From a virus (lineage: Duplodnaviria > Caudoviricetes), in the IMG/VR virus record IMGVR_UViG_3300026121_000008, positions 1 to 64,000 of that record: a DNA stretch of 64,000 bases. One strand, 5' to 3'. Below, in pieces: positions 45,827 to 55,750 of the stretch. The notes beneath the pieces were generated by a model. The model did no database searches. It was not told the DNA's origin and saw only the letters and a program-made list of their open reading frames with translations. Within the stretch, counting starts at the first letter, position 1; each line of letters starts with the position of its first letter. The translations under genes were made by a program, and so were the position numbers.

Positions 45827-46903
45827 ATGGAACTGGTCACGTTCAATAGCGGCGACACCGACTACATCGCCAAGCTGAATTCCAACATCGCCACCCTGAC
45901 GGACACCATCAACGGGATGGCGGTCCAGATCGGCGCGGTGTCTGGTGGGGACGCCCTGACCGTGGGCATGTTCCTCGACACCCTGTTCAACCGGGCGGAC
46001 GCCATCATTGGTCCAGAGAGTTATAAGGCGACGAAGTCCGCTTCGACCGTGACTATCGCGCCCGGTGGCATGTATCTGCAGTCTGAAACAGCGGTGGTGG
46101 CCTCGTTCAATGCGGTGCCCCTCAGCTTCATCGGGAAGCCGTCAGGCACCCAGTACATCGTGGTGGGTGTGGCCGGGATGCCAGTCTTGTCTCCGACGTT
46201 TGGCCCCGGAGCCATCTATCAAGTCTTCTGGACCGGGTCCGCCTTCTCCGGCAACGTCGAGTATCTCGTCCCGGTCTTCTTCGACACCGCCGAAGCGTCT
46301 GCGTCCCGCAAGAGTCTCGCTCTGAACACGGTCTACCCCACGCTGGATGCCCGTCTCGAAGCCGGAGAGGCTCTCTCCGTCCAAGCGCAATCAGATGCAG
46401 AATCTGCATTGGCGGTGGCCTATGAAAACCAAGCGGCCTTGGGGAGCGTCAGTTTTCGCAAGATCGGGATTACGGTGGATGGTACCGTGGGCGTCAAGGG
46501 CGCGATCCAGATCGACTTCGAGGGCACCATCGTAGGCTGGAGCATCATTGCCGATGCCGTAGGCAGTCTCACGGTAGAGGTGAGCCGGAGAGCGTCCTCA
46601 GAGCCTCCTGCTGTCCCTCAGATGCCAGACCCGGTGACCCACAAGATTTCAGCGTCCACCCCCATCACCCTGAGCACGGCTCAATCTGCCGCTCGTGACG
46701 AGGCGGGTGTCTCGACATGGGCCAGAGACCTCGAACCATGGGACGTGATCCAGTTCAAGGTGGCCTCCGTGACGACCATCACCCGTGCCACGCTCTACCT
46801 CCGGGTGTTGGAGCAGTTCCCGTCTCCTCCGGAAATCAACCCGCTGGAGATGTTGAGTCCACTGGACGAGATCGACATTGAGTTCCGCGAAGGAGATGAG
46901 TAA
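45827..46903 (+). CDS. Tail fibre-associated protein
   Basis: AGGAG RBS; coiled segment followed by a beta-rich C-terminal domain. Confidence 0.5.
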   Translation: MELVTFNSGDTDYIAKLNSNIATLTDTINGMAVQIGAVSGGDALTVGMFLDTLFNRADAIIGPESYKATKSASTVTIAPGGMYLQSETAVVASFNAVPLSFIGKPSGTQYIVVGVAGMPVLSPTFGPGAIYQVFWTGSAFSGNVEYLVPVFFDTAEASASRKSLALNTVYPTLDARLEAGEALSVQAQSDAESALAVAYENQAALGSVSFRKIGITVDGTVGVKGAIQIDFEGTIVGWSIIADAVGSLTVEVSRRASSEPPAVPQMPDPVTHKISASTPITLSTAQSAARDEAGVSTWARDLEPWDVIQFKVASVTTITRATLYLRVLEQFPSPPEINPLEMLSPLDEIDIEFREGDE

Positions 46904-47991
46904 TGGCTCTACTGTTCATGGATTCGTTTGATCACTACGCCACGGCGGATATCACGGAAAAGTGGAGTACATCAGGGACGGGGGCTGGTGGCAGCATCTC
47001 TATTGGGAGTGGGAACGGTCGGCGGGGAACGAATGGATTTCGTTTCCTCACGGGGTTTAGTGGGGGTGGGGTGGGATTTTTGCAAAAAGCTCTCGTCCCT
47101 ACGGATGCCACGACGTGCATCATGGGGTTTGCCGTGGTCATCCCAGCCGGAGCCATTGGGACGGTAGGTGGGGTGATCGCCGTGATCAAGGATTCGACCA
47201 CCCCTCAAGTGACCCTCAAAGTTAATTCAGATTTCACCTTGACCGTTCTTCGAGGAAATCAGATTGGAACGTGGTTGGGCCAGTCCAGTGGGAGTCCCAT
47301 GTCGGCGGGGGTGATGGCGTACGTTGAATGGAAGGTGGTGATCCACCCCAGTGCAGGCACGGTGGAGGTGCGGGTGAATGGCAATGTGGTACCCGGATTG
47401 AATCTGACGGGACAGAATACTCGGGCCTCGGGATTTTCTACATGGACGAGCGTGGTTCTGGGCACGAATGACAACGTGGGAAGTTCGTGGTCCGGGGGCA
47501 ATCTAAATGTCGATTTTGACGATGTATATGTGTGCGATGGTAGTGGGTCTGCGCCGTGGAATACATTCCTTGGAGATTGTCGGGTCGATGCGCTTCGACC
47601 GACTGCCGAAGGGACGTCGTCGCAGTGGACTCCGCTCTCAGGAACAGACAACGCTGCCATGGTCAACCAAACGGCTCCCGATGATGATACGACGTACGTG
47701 TCCACGGTGACGTCGGGCCACACCGACACCTATGTGACTCCGGATGCTCCGGTCGCAGGAGCCGCCATCATGGGCGTGCAATTGAACGTGTCCATCAAGA
47801 AAGAAGACGCAGGCTCGTGTGCAGTGTCGGGTGTGGTTCGACACAGCGGCACGAATTACCCGGTAGTCCTTCCGAATCCGGGGACGACGTATGCGTATCA
47901 AACGGTCATGATGCCTACCAATCCCGGCACAGGCGTAGCGTGGACTGAAGCCGGGTTCAACGCCGCTGAATTTGGCTTCACTCGGTTGTAG
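46903..47991 (+). CDS. Tail fibre/lectin-like protein
   Basis: G/T/S/V-rich; YVEWKV..GTVEVRVNG..FDDVYV jelly-roll-like pattern. Confidence 0.5.
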   Translation: MALLFMDSFDHYATADITEKWSTSGTGAGGSISIGSGNGRRGTNGFRFLTGFSGGGVGFLQKALVPTDATTCIMGFAVVIPAGAIGTVGGVIAVIKDSTTPQVTLKVNSDFTLTVLRGNQIGTWLGQSSGSPMSAGVMAYVEWKVVIHPSAGTVEVRVNGNVVPGLNLTGQNTRASGFSTWTSVVLGTNDNVGSSWSGGNLNVDFDDVYVCDGSGSAPWNTFLGDCRVDALRPTAEGTSSQWTPLSGTDNAAMVNQTAPDDDTTYVSTVTSGHTDTYVTPDAPVAGAAIMGVQLNVSIKKEDAGSCAVSGVVRHSGTNYPVVLPNPGTTYAYQTVMMPTNPGTGVAWTEAGFNAAEFGFTRL

Positions 47992-47994
47992 CGC

Positions 47995-49518
47995 ATGGCC
48001 ATCGCCTTTGTTGCCGGTGACACCGCCACCGGAGCCACGACTGCCGCACTGAACTCTACAACGGCAAACTTCGCCATTGTGCAGGCGGGGTCATGGCCCA
48101 GTGCAGCGACCACGGTCACCGAAGGGGGTGGCTACTCGAATACGTGGACGGCCCTGACCGCCCTGAACAGTTCCAATCACTGTGAACGCATCTTCTATGC
48201 CTTCCTGACCAGTAAGGGCACAGGCCATACGTTCACTCACAACGGCGGGTCTCCGTGTGTGGCCGTCGCGCTGTTCAGTGGCGTACCCTCCGATGCGGGC
48301 ATTGTAGACATCAAGCAGGCTCTGACGCTGGCTCCCGGCACCGTCACGCCGAATGCCAATGGCCAGTTGATCGTGTCCGGGTGCATCTGCCAGAGCAGTG
48401 TGCAGACTGCCGTCAGTGGTGGATTGACTATCGTAGACACCCCCGTAGGGGCGGGGGGTAACGTCGGCGGTAGTTTAGGGTATCTGATTCAGACCACGTC
48501 CGCCCCGGTAACCCCCGCATGGACCGGGGGATCAGGCGCGGTGGCGACGACTTCTCTTGTCGTAGGGTCAGTGGCTCCACCTCCTCCGGATAGTCTCGTT
48601 GCGTTCATTGCTGCAGGCCCCGGTGCAACCGGGGGCACAACGACGGCCATCGACACGACTGGAGCTTCCCTCCTCGTGATCAGTACCTCTTTCTGGACCG
48701 GGGGAGGGGCCACGTCAACGACCGTCAGTGATTCCAAGAGCAATACGTGGATTCCAGTGTGGACGCAACCGGGGCAACCCGGCGGCGACATGGTGCAGCA
48801 GTTTTTCTACTGCTTTACCCCCACGGTCGGCACAGGCCATACGTTCACGGTGACCAGTCTCAGTGCGAGTGGCTATCCGTCTATTTTCGTGTTTGCCTTT
48901 TCGGGCATGACCGGTGGGGCGTATCAGACGCGCAGTGGGGCGGGTAATTTCGGGCAGGCGTCTCCTTTAGCGACAGGCAGTGTCACACCGAGTGTGAATG
49001 GAGCCCTTCTCCTGAGCGGGTTTGCGCCGAATATTGGGACGATTACTGGGCTGGCCCTCACGCCTACGGGATTTACGCTCAAGAATCTCGCGGGGGTGGG
49101 AGGGGTCAACTTCCCCGGCACGACGGCGTACACCGTCCAAGCGACGGCAGCGGCCATCAACCCAACATGGGCATGGACGCATGGAGCCGTCAGTACTGCC
49201 GCTTCAACGGTGGTGTTTCTCCCTGCGCTTCCACCGTCCCCCGCACGAGTCTCCCAAGCGGTCGTAGAGACCCTCAGCTATCCCACGGCGGGAGCCCGTG
49301 TCTCCCAGATGGTGGTGGAGGCATTACTGTTTCCTGCCACTCCCGGACGGGTTTCCCAGTTCGTCGTGGAGACGTTAATTCTGCCCGACTCCCCAAGTCG
49401 CGTGTCCCAGATGGTCGTGGAAACGCTACAATTTGCCCCAGAACCTCCCCCTACAGCAGGCGCAACCGCCAATGCCCTCTGGATGGGCGACAGCGGGGGA
49501 ATCATCTGGATCGACTGA
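47995..49518 (+). CDS. Tail fibre/adhesin-like protein with internal duplication and four C-terminal repeats
   Basis: SNTW..GTGHTFT..G[TS]VTP..NG twice; RVSQxVVE four times. Confidence 0.55.
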   Translation: MAIAFVAGDTATGATTAALNSTTANFAIVQAGSWPSAATTVTEGGGYSNTWTALTALNSSNHCERIFYAFLTSKGTGHTFTHNGGSPCVAVALFSGVPSDAGIVDIKQALTLAPGTVTPNANGQLIVSGCICQSSVQTAVSGGLTIVDTPVGAGGNVGGSLGYLIQTTSAPVTPAWTGGSGAVATTSLVVGSVAPPPPDSLVAFIAAGPGATGGTTTAIDTTGASLLVISTSFWTGGGATSTTVSDSKSNTWIPVWTQPGQPGGDMVQQFFYCFTPTVGTGHTFTVTSLSASGYPSIFVFAFSGMTGGAYQTRSGAGNFGQASPLATGSVTPSVNGALLLSGFAPNIGTITGLALTPTGFTLKNLAGVGGVNFPGTTAYTVQATAAAINPTWAWTHGAVSTAASTVVFLPALPPSPARVSQAVVETLSYPTAGARVSQMVVEALLFPATPGRVSQFVVETLILPDSPSRVSQMVVETLQFAPEPPPTAGATANALWMGDSGGIIWID

Positions 49519-49546
49519 TTGCACTTGGTTGCAAAGGAGTTGCCTC

Positions 49547-49933
49547 ATGGCGTTGGTGCAACCCGTGGACGTCTATACCCCTCCGGCCCATTGCGTGGCC
49601 CTGACCCGGTACTTCTTCACGGTCACGGAGCGTCCGGACGCTGTCCTGTCCGTCCAACTCCACCGGGCGGAACGCATCGTGGACCGGGTGGTGGCCCGTC
49701 CGCTCCTCCCCACCCAGCGGGAAGCTCTCATCTGTCTGGTGTCGGATCTGGAGTCGGTCCCGGCCTTCGAGAAGTCCTTCCTTGTGACCGCGCTCAACAA
49801 GGGGATGTTCCAGATCGCGGCGGCAGAGTTCCCGATGTTCTGCTATCAGGACGGCAAGGTGCAGACCCGACTCTGGGAGAAGAGACGGGCCGAAGCGTTC
49901 CTGTTCAGTCGAGGAAAGTTGCTGTTTGACTAG
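49547..49933 (+). CDS. GH24 lysozyme-like protein lacking the catalytic N-lobe
   Basis: AAGGAG RBS; QREALICLV..FEKS..LNKG..AAAEF..GKV..L..RRAEAFLF matches the phage lysozyme C-lobe; no EG..TIGYG. Confidence 0.6.
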   Translation: MALVQPVDVYTPPAHCVALTRYFFTVTERPDAVLSVQLHRAERIVDRVVARPLLPTQREALICLVSDLESVPAFEKSFLVTALNKGMFQIAAAEFPMFCYQDGKVQTRLWEKRRAEAFLFSRGKLLFD

Positions 49934-49936
49934 GAC

Positions 49937-49965
49937 TTGACAAATAGTTTTTCCTCTGTCATACT
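49937..49965 (+). promoter_or_regulatory. Sigma70-like promoter (TTGACA-17-CATACT)
   Basis: At the boundary between structural and replication modules. Confidence 0.7.
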
Positions 49966-49992
49966 GCGCGGGTCCAATGGAGTGCCCGAACC

Positions 49993-51210
49993 GTGTTTGA
50001 TTTTGCGACGGCCTTTAAGGCCCATCTGCCGTTTATCGCGGTCAGGACGGACGACCCGGTGCATGTGAAAATCATGCTCCAGCATCTGTCTGGGAAGACC
50101 CTGCAGCCTCTGCCCATGGCCAAGCAGGCCACGGTGGGTGATAGTTATTTGTGGTGGACGGAAGACCTGTCCCAAGTCACCACAGAGATGTATCGGAAGC
50201 TCTGTGCGGCAGCAGCTAGCTGTGCGGTCATCAACCCGGACAAGCCCTCCCCGCTGGTGTACGACACGGGCATCCTCTCGACCCCGTCCGTGTTCTACCG
50301 GCAATATCTGAAGGAGTTCGTAGCCCCGGAGCAGATCGAGCCCGTGGTCATGCAGTTGAAGGGTCTGTCCCTCAAAGCGGCTCAAGAGGTGGTCCAACTG
50401 ACCATGGCCCGAACCGGGTCCATCGCGCCCCACGAGGTCCGCAAGACCCGGCAGATGATGGGCGGGGAGACCCCCGGCTTGACGACGCTGGAGACGGAGT
50501 ACGACTTCTACGAGTGGCCGGAGAGCCTGAAGAACTGGCTCGACCTGAACGACAGCTACTTTCTGGATCTGAACACGCCGATGCAATTAGTGCCACGGGG
50601 CCTGCTGTTAGCCGGTGACCCCGGTGTCGGCAAGTCCATGGCGGCACGGGTGTTGGCCAAGCACTGGGATGTGCCCCTGTTCCGTCTCGACGTCTCCACG
50701 TCCCTCAACCGCTATCTGGGCGAGTCGGAATCCCGTATCGCCCGCAACCTGAACGTCATCGAGCAGAATGCCCCGTGCGTGTGGCTCCTTGATGAAGCTG
50801 AGAAGCTGTTCGCCACGAACGGGGATGAGGGAACGACGCAACGCATCCTGTCCCAGATGCTCTGGTGGCTGCAGGCTCACACCTCACGGGTGCTGACCAT
50901 CATGACCACCAACAACCTGTCGATCCTTCCCAAGGAACTGTATCGGGCGGAGCGACTGGATAAGGTGCTCCATCTGGAGAAGCTCTCCCTCTCTGCCGCC
51001 AAACTGTTTGCGGCCAAGGTGTATCAATCTGTCACAGGTGACCTCATGCCGAAGAAGCGGCAGCGGCTGCTCCAAGAGGAGTTGGACCGAGGGGACAAGG
51101 GCACCTACTCCCATGCCGAAGTGCGCGTGTTGGTGTATGAGAGTATCAAAGAGAACGGATGGATGGTGAAGGAAACCGGGCCACTTGACATGGCTTTGCC
51201 CAAGGTGTAG
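49993..51210 (+). CDS. AAA+ ATPase (Ycf46/Cdc48-like)
   Basis: GDPGVGKS Walker A, LLDEAEK Walker B, TTNN..R.ERLD. Confidence 0.85.
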   Translation: MFDFATAFKAHLPFIAVRTDDPVHVKIMLQHLSGKTLQPLPMAKQATVGDSYLWWTEDLSQVTTEMYRKLCAAAASCAVINPDKPSPLVYDTGILSTPSVFYRQYLKEFVAPEQIEPVVMQLKGLSLKAAQEVVQLTMARTGSIAPHEVRKTRQMMGGETPGLTTLETEYDFYEWPESLKNWLDLNDSYFLDLNTPMQLVPRGLLLAGDPGVGKSMAARVLAKHWDVPLFRLDVSTSLNRYLGESESRIARNLNVIEQNAPCVWLLDEAEKLFATNGDEGTTQRILSQMLWWLQAHTSRVLTIMTTNNLSILPKELYRAERLDKVLHLEKLSLSAAKLFAAKVYQSVTGDLMPKKRQRLLQEELDRGDKGTYSHAEVRVLVYESIKENGWMVKETGPLDMALPKV

Positions 51211-51213
51211 ACT
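51185..51213 (+). promoter_or_regulatory. Sigma70-like promoter (TTGACA-17-TAGACT)
   Basis: Consensus spacing, upstream of 51252. Confidence 0.6.
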
Positions 51214-51251
51214 GCTCGAATCGGATCACATTTGATCCCCAATGGAGTGTT

Positions 51252-51839
51252 ATGGAACCGTTACGGTACTTCGGCTCAAGCAATCAGTACGTGGATTTTG
51301 CCATCCGTGGTGAAGGGGAATTCCTCGGCGTCGGCGTGGATTACGCCAAACATCCGTCCGGGGTGGGGTGTTTTGTCGTGCGCTTCGTGGCGCACGGTGC
51401 CGCCAACCCCTTGGAATTCAAGCACTTGTCTTATCGGGAACCGGCCCAGTTCGTCATTCCGAGTGGCACTATGCCCGAGTTGTTCGAGGGCTTCCGCCTC
51501 GACAAGGTGGCGTTCGGCGTCTTCGAGCCTGCCGTGCAGAAGCGGGAACTCGACTTCTTCGCCACCAAGTATGGCGTCTGGAGCCTGCTGACGAACTGGA
51601 TCGCGGATCAGGCCATGCTCGAAGGCTTCACCGTCGTGGTAGATCTCGAAAAGGAGATCAAGTCCCTCTTGATCGCCCGTCCCTCGAACGTGGACGAGGT
51701 GACCTGTGTCCTGCGGTTCCCGGATTTGACGTCGCCCGAATACCGGGCCAGCCTCAAGCCCGTGGTCAAGCCAGAGCCGGAAGAGGATGAGGACGACAAC
51801 GGCGACGAACCCCCGCCTACGAAGGGCTGGACGAACTAA
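51252..51839 (+). CDS. Hypothetical protein
   Basis: GGAG RBS; acidic C-terminus. Confidence 0.6.
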   Translation: MEPLRYFGSSNQYVDFAIRGEGEFLGVGVDYAKHPSGVGCFVVRFVAHGAANPLEFKHLSYREPAQFVIPSGTMPELFEGFRLDKVAFGVFEPAVQKRELDFFATKYGVWSLLTNWIADQAMLEGFTVVVDLEKEIKSLLIARPSNVDEVTCVLRFPDLTSPEYRASLKPVVKPEPEEDEDDNGDEPPPTKGWTN

Positions 51840-51869
51840 CCGGACCATCAAGGTCCACAAGGAGTGTGC

Positions 51870-52220
51870 ATGAAGAAACTAGAGACGCGGGACGACCTGA
51901 GAGCGTTCGTGGACGGGCTGTTGAAGGCGGTGGAACACCATGCCGCCAACATCAAGGCACAGGTGCATGACCTGATTGTCAACATCACCCGCTATGCCGA
52001 AGACTGGGAGGCCCGGACGTGGAAGAACCGTCTGATGGCCAACGTCTGGGTGACGATGAACGGGCAGCGGTATGCCTTCGTGGGCGTCCGGGTAGCCAAG
52101 AACAACTACAAGGTCGTCGTCCATCGGAAGAACGCCAATGGCCCGGTGATCACGGAGGTTACGGACCAGACGTCCTCCGAAGCCATCGAAGTCCTGTTCA
52201 AGGTACTGAAAGCCGACTAA
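51870..52220 (+). CDS. Hypothetical protein resembling integron cassette protein VCH_CASS14
   Basis: GL..AVEHHA..NVWVTMNGQRYAF..GPVI pattern, recognised from memory. Confidence 0.45.
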   Translation: MKKLETRDDLRAFVDGLLKAVEHHAANIKAQVHDLIVNITRYAEDWEARTWKNRLMANVWVTMNGQRYAFVGVRVAKNNYKVVVHRKNANGPVITEVTDQTSSEAIEVLFKVLKAD

Positions 52221-52225
52221 GAGCC

Positions 52226-53323
52226 ATGGCATCACAGAAGATCGCCTTTTCTCCGAGTCTGATTCCCCTCGTCGGGGATGCGACTGCCGCCCTTGTCCTG
52301 TGTCAGATCATGTACTGGCACCAAGGGCGGCTGCGAGTTCCCCGCCACGGGAGGCTCTGGTTGGCCAAGTCTCGATTGGAGATGTGCGCGGAAACAGGGA
52401 TTACGCTTGAACAATACAAGCGCATTATGCCATTATTGGTCCAGCGTGGACTTATCCTCATGGAGCGGGGGTTGTTCAACAACAAAGTGACCCCCCACAT
52501 CCGGCTCACGGAGCTAGGATTTGCCACCATGAAAGAGCACTTGTTGGGAGATGACATCAAGCATCTGGCGGAGGTCTACTACAAACAATCGTTTGTAAAT
52601 GGCTCCAATCCATTATTTGCTCTTAACTCCAATCTTATAACAGAGATTACTACAGAGAACACGACAGAGAGTGATAAATCAAAGGTCAAGAAATACGCCG
52701 AAAAAACCGGCGTAGATCCGGAAGAGAAAGATCAAGATCAAGAGATCCGGCAAGAGCAAGAGCACAAGGGAAAGACGATCAAGAACAGTGAAGATCCGAA
52801 GAAGAACAATATAGCCCCGAATTTGCACTTTCTGAGTGCAAACGGTCAGCAGGAGCACGCGATGAAGGCCCACGAGATTCTGCAGGCGAAGGAACCCTCC
52901 CCACACGGTAGTCTCGTCGCCTATTGGAAATCCCGATGCCACACCGTCTCGGGAGAGTATCAGCATCACCTAACTGGGCAAGAGGGAGGACAATTGAAAC
53001 ACCTGTCCAAATTCTTGGGGGAGCAGACTCGCCCCGTCATCGACTACGCCGTGACGAACTGGTGGAAGTTCGCCAGTCTGGCGGCGCTCAAAGCGGGCCT
53101 GAAGACGTGGCCCACGGCTCCGCACATCGGGTATCTCTTGAAGCACTACCATGTGGCGGTGAATTTGCTTATCCCCTTGGCGACAGCCTCTCCGATAGGA
53201 GCGGAGGAGGCGGCTCCAGTGCAACCAATTGCACTCGCTGGAGTGACGAGTAAGAAGAGAGGCCATCTGCGTTCGCCAGAGGAGTTGGCGGCGTTACTGG
53301 AGAAGGATCTCAAATCTCCGTGA
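52226..53323 (+). CDS. Putative replication initiator (winged-HTH N-terminus)
   Basis: AALVLCQIMYW..WLAKS..EMCAETGIT; TEITTENTTE linker; upstream of loader and helicase genes. Confidence 0.6.
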   Translation: MASQKIAFSPSLIPLVGDATAALVLCQIMYWHQGRLRVPRHGRLWLAKSRLEMCAETGITLEQYKRIMPLLVQRGLILMERGLFNNKVTPHIRLTELGFATMKEHLLGDDIKHLAEVYYKQSFVNGSNPLFALNSNLITEITTENTTESDKSKVKKYAEKTGVDPEEKDQDQEIRQEQEHKGKTIKNSEDPKKNNIAPNLHFLSANGQQEHAMKAHEILQAKEPSPHGSLVAYWKSRCHTVSGEYQHHLTGQEGGQLKHLSKFLGEQTRPVIDYAVTNWWKFASLAALKAGLKTWPTAPHIGYLLKHYHVAVNLLIPLATASPIGAEEAAPVQPIALAGVTSKKRGHLRSPEELAALLEKDLKSP

Positions 53324-53877
53324 GGAGCAGGACCGTGATCACAACTGGAAGCGTACTCGACGCGGTGGAACATTCTCGAATCATCCAAGATTTCGAGAAC
53401 GTGTGTACGACGGCAGGGATTCAGGGACACTTTCTTCGTGAACCCTTGGCGCAGTATTGCGGGGACGTCGAGGTAGACTGGGTGCGGAAATTCCGGAAGT
53501 ATCGGGCCGAAGGTCTGCCCGGACTGGTCTTGGCCGGAGTGAAGCGTCCAGAAGTCCGGTGTCAGGCGATTGCGGCGGCATTCGTGCGGAACTATATCGA
53601 CGCCCGCGTGACGCCGTTGAATACGATCATCGATAGCACTATGGACGGGGGGCATCCGGCGTCTCCGACTGTGCTGCTGATTCCGAACCTCTACATGACG
53701 GTTCTGTCGGGGAAGTTCCCCGCATGGCGGGTGCAGGTCATGTATGACCTCCTGCTGGAGCGATCCATCAAGGAGAAGCCCACGGTGGTGTATGTCGAAA
53801 CGCTGGAAGGCGTGGCCGGGTTGTATGGCACGCCGTTCCGGGAATTTTTGGACGGTTTCAAACTCGTGACGGAGTAA
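53320..53877 (+). CDS. Degenerate DnaC/IstB-like helicase loader
   Basis: VLLIPNL..YDLLLER..KPTVV; between initiator and DnaB; no Walker A. Confidence 0.45.
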   Translation: MRSRTVITTGSVLDAVEHSRIIQDFENVCTTAGIQGHFLREPLAQYCGDVEVDWVRKFRKYRAEGLPGLVLAGVKRPEVRCQAIAAAFVRNYIDARVTPLNTIIDSTMDGGHPASPTVLLIPNLYMTVLSGKFPAWRVQVMYDLLLERSIKEKPTVVYVETLEGVAGLYGTPFREFLDGFKLVTE

Positions 53878-53879
53878 AC

Positions 53880-55166
53880 GTGGCGTATGGACTTGGCACC
53901 AAGGTGATTCGGCGGCTCTGTGAGGAACAGAGTTCGCTCCAGTGGTTCAAAGCAAAACTCCGGCCCGTGCTGTTCAAACCCTACGAACAAGATCTGTTCG
54001 AGTGGGTGTCGGACCATGTGCGGGTGCATCACACCCTGCCGCAACTGGTGACGATTGAAACCCAGTTCCCGGACGTGGCGGCAGTGGCGACCCCGGAACC
54101 GTCGAGCTACTACCTGCTGCAACTGGAGCAGCAGTACTGCTACGAGCGGCTGAACAAGGCGAACCTCGATTCGCAAGCCATTCTGAAAGAGGACCAGACG
54201 GCGAACGAGGCCGCACTGGAGGTGCAACGGACGGCCTTGCGGGAGATTGTGGCGCAGAAGTTCCGGGCGCGGATTCTGGACGTGGGGAAGGAAGCGGGAG
54301 ACTTGGTGCTCCATGCGTACCATCACACGCCGGAGTATGTCGCGGAGTTTGGGTGGCCCTATCTGGACCAGCAGTCCGGGGGCGTCATGCCGGGGGATGT
54401 CATCTCCTTCGTGGGACGGCCTGCCGCAGGCAAGACATGGTTGACCCTCTGGACGGCCCTCCACAACTGGGCCGGATTGAAGCTGAACGTCCTCTTCGCG
54501 TCCATGGAGATGGCGACACTCCCCGTCGCCCAGCGCATCACCTCGCTGTATACGCACCAGAACATTGCCCAGTTGAAGATGTCGGGGTATAGCCAGCAGA
54601 CCATGGCGAAGTTCACGCATGGGTTGAAATTTTTTAAGCTGGAAGAAGCCAGCATGTATCTCGTGGACGCCAACCTTGCGACGAGCGCGGAAGACCTGTT
54701 CGACTTAGCCGAGATGCTGAAATGCAAGGTGATTTTTATTGACGGGGCCTATCTGCTCCGGCACCAGAACCTCCGGCTGGACCGGTATACCCGTGCGGCG
54801 GAGAACGTCGAACTGATCAAGCGGTATTGTTCCAACCAAGAGGCCATGGCGTTTTGCTCGTGGCAGTTCAACCGCGAAGCCTCCAAGAAGCAGAAGAAGG
54901 GCAAGGGCGACCAAGGGGGCCTCGAAGACATCGGCTACTCGGATGCCATCGGCCAGATTTCCAGCATTGCCCTCTCGCTGTATCAGGAAGACGGCATCGA
55001 GACCTTGAAGGAGCGGAAGGTGAAAGTCCTGAAAGGCCGGAACGGGGAAGTGGGGCAGTTCTCGATTGCGTGGGATTTTACGGCGATGACGTTCAAGCAA
55101 CTGAATCCCGCGCCGGAAGAAGCGGTGAAGGTGTTCGAGGAACCGCAGGATGAGTTGTCGGTGTAG
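53880..55166 (+). CDS. dnaB: Replicative DNA helicase (DnaB/SF4)
   Basis: GRPAAGKT, SMEM, IFIDGAYL, QFNRE, IGYSDAIGQ, KGRNG. Confidence 0.88.
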   Translation: MAYGLGTKVIRRLCEEQSSLQWFKAKLRPVLFKPYEQDLFEWVSDHVRVHHTLPQLVTIETQFPDVAAVATPEPSSYYLLQLEQQYCYERLNKANLDSQAILKEDQTANEAALEVQRTALREIVAQKFRARILDVGKEAGDLVLHAYHHTPEYVAEFGWPYLDQQSGGVMPGDVISFVGRPAAGKTWLTLWTALHNWAGLKLNVLFASMEMATLPVAQRITSLYTHQNIAQLKMSGYSQQTMAKFTHGLKFFKLEEASMYLVDANLATSAEDLFDLAEMLKCKVIFIDGAYLLRHQNLRLDRYTRAAENVELIKRYCSNQEAMAFCSWQFNREASKKQKKGKGDQGGLEDIGYSDAIGQISSIALSLYQEDGIETLKERKVKVLKGRNGEVGQFSIAWDFTAMTFKQLNPAPEEAVKVFEEPQDELSV

Positions 55167-55175
55167 GGGGACGTC

Positions 55176-55511
55176 GTGTTACGGTTTCTGAAAAGTAGAC
55201 TCACGCGCCACCCGTCATGGGTGTTGATCAAACGGCATCTGGAGATTCAGGCGTTACCGCCCCGGTGTGGGCGCACCCGGCTGGAGATTGATCGATCCCG
55301 GATTCCCCCAGACGAGCAACAGCAATTACTGGACATTGAGATGCCGTGCGTGGCGTGTGGGCAGATGATTCATCCGGTGAAAAAGCGGGTGGGGTGGCGG
55401 ACGTTGTATGTGCATGTGACGTGTGACGCGGATGTGAACAAGGGGTGTTCTCGGTCCAAAGCCGCACGCCGGGAAATTGATGCGATTGTTGTCGCGTTGT
55501 GGCAGGGGTAA
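55176..55511 (+). CDS. Hypothetical Cys-containing protein
   Basis: CVAC..C..C possible Zn site. Confidence 0.45.
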   Translation: MLRFLKSRLTRHPSWVLIKRHLEIQALPPRCGRTRLEIDRSRIPPDEQQQLLDIEMPCVACGQMIHPVKKRVGWRTLYVHVTCDADVNKGCSRSKAARREIDAIVVALWQG

Positions 55512-55534
55512 ACGGCATCCGCCACGGAGGGCCA

Positions 55535-55750
55535 ATGAAATCCATGGGTGATCACACCGGGAAGTTGTCAGAACGGATCGAGGAAGAAATTCGTGTATTG
55601 TTGGAGTGGAGCAACATTCACGGACGCACGAAGCGGGCCGTGATGGACCGGGTGCGGGAACTGCATGTCCGGGCCGTCGTAGAGAAGAAGTCCTCCCTGA
55701 AGTTGTTGAGACGTGGGGAACTGAAGGAGTCACGAGTCACATGGCATTGA
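55535..55750 (+). CDS. Hypothetical protein
   Basis: GGAGG RBS. Confidence 0.45.
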   Translation: MKSMGDHTGKLSERIEEEIRVLLEWSNIHGRTKRAVMDRVRELHVRAVVEKKSSLKLLRRGELKESRVTWH

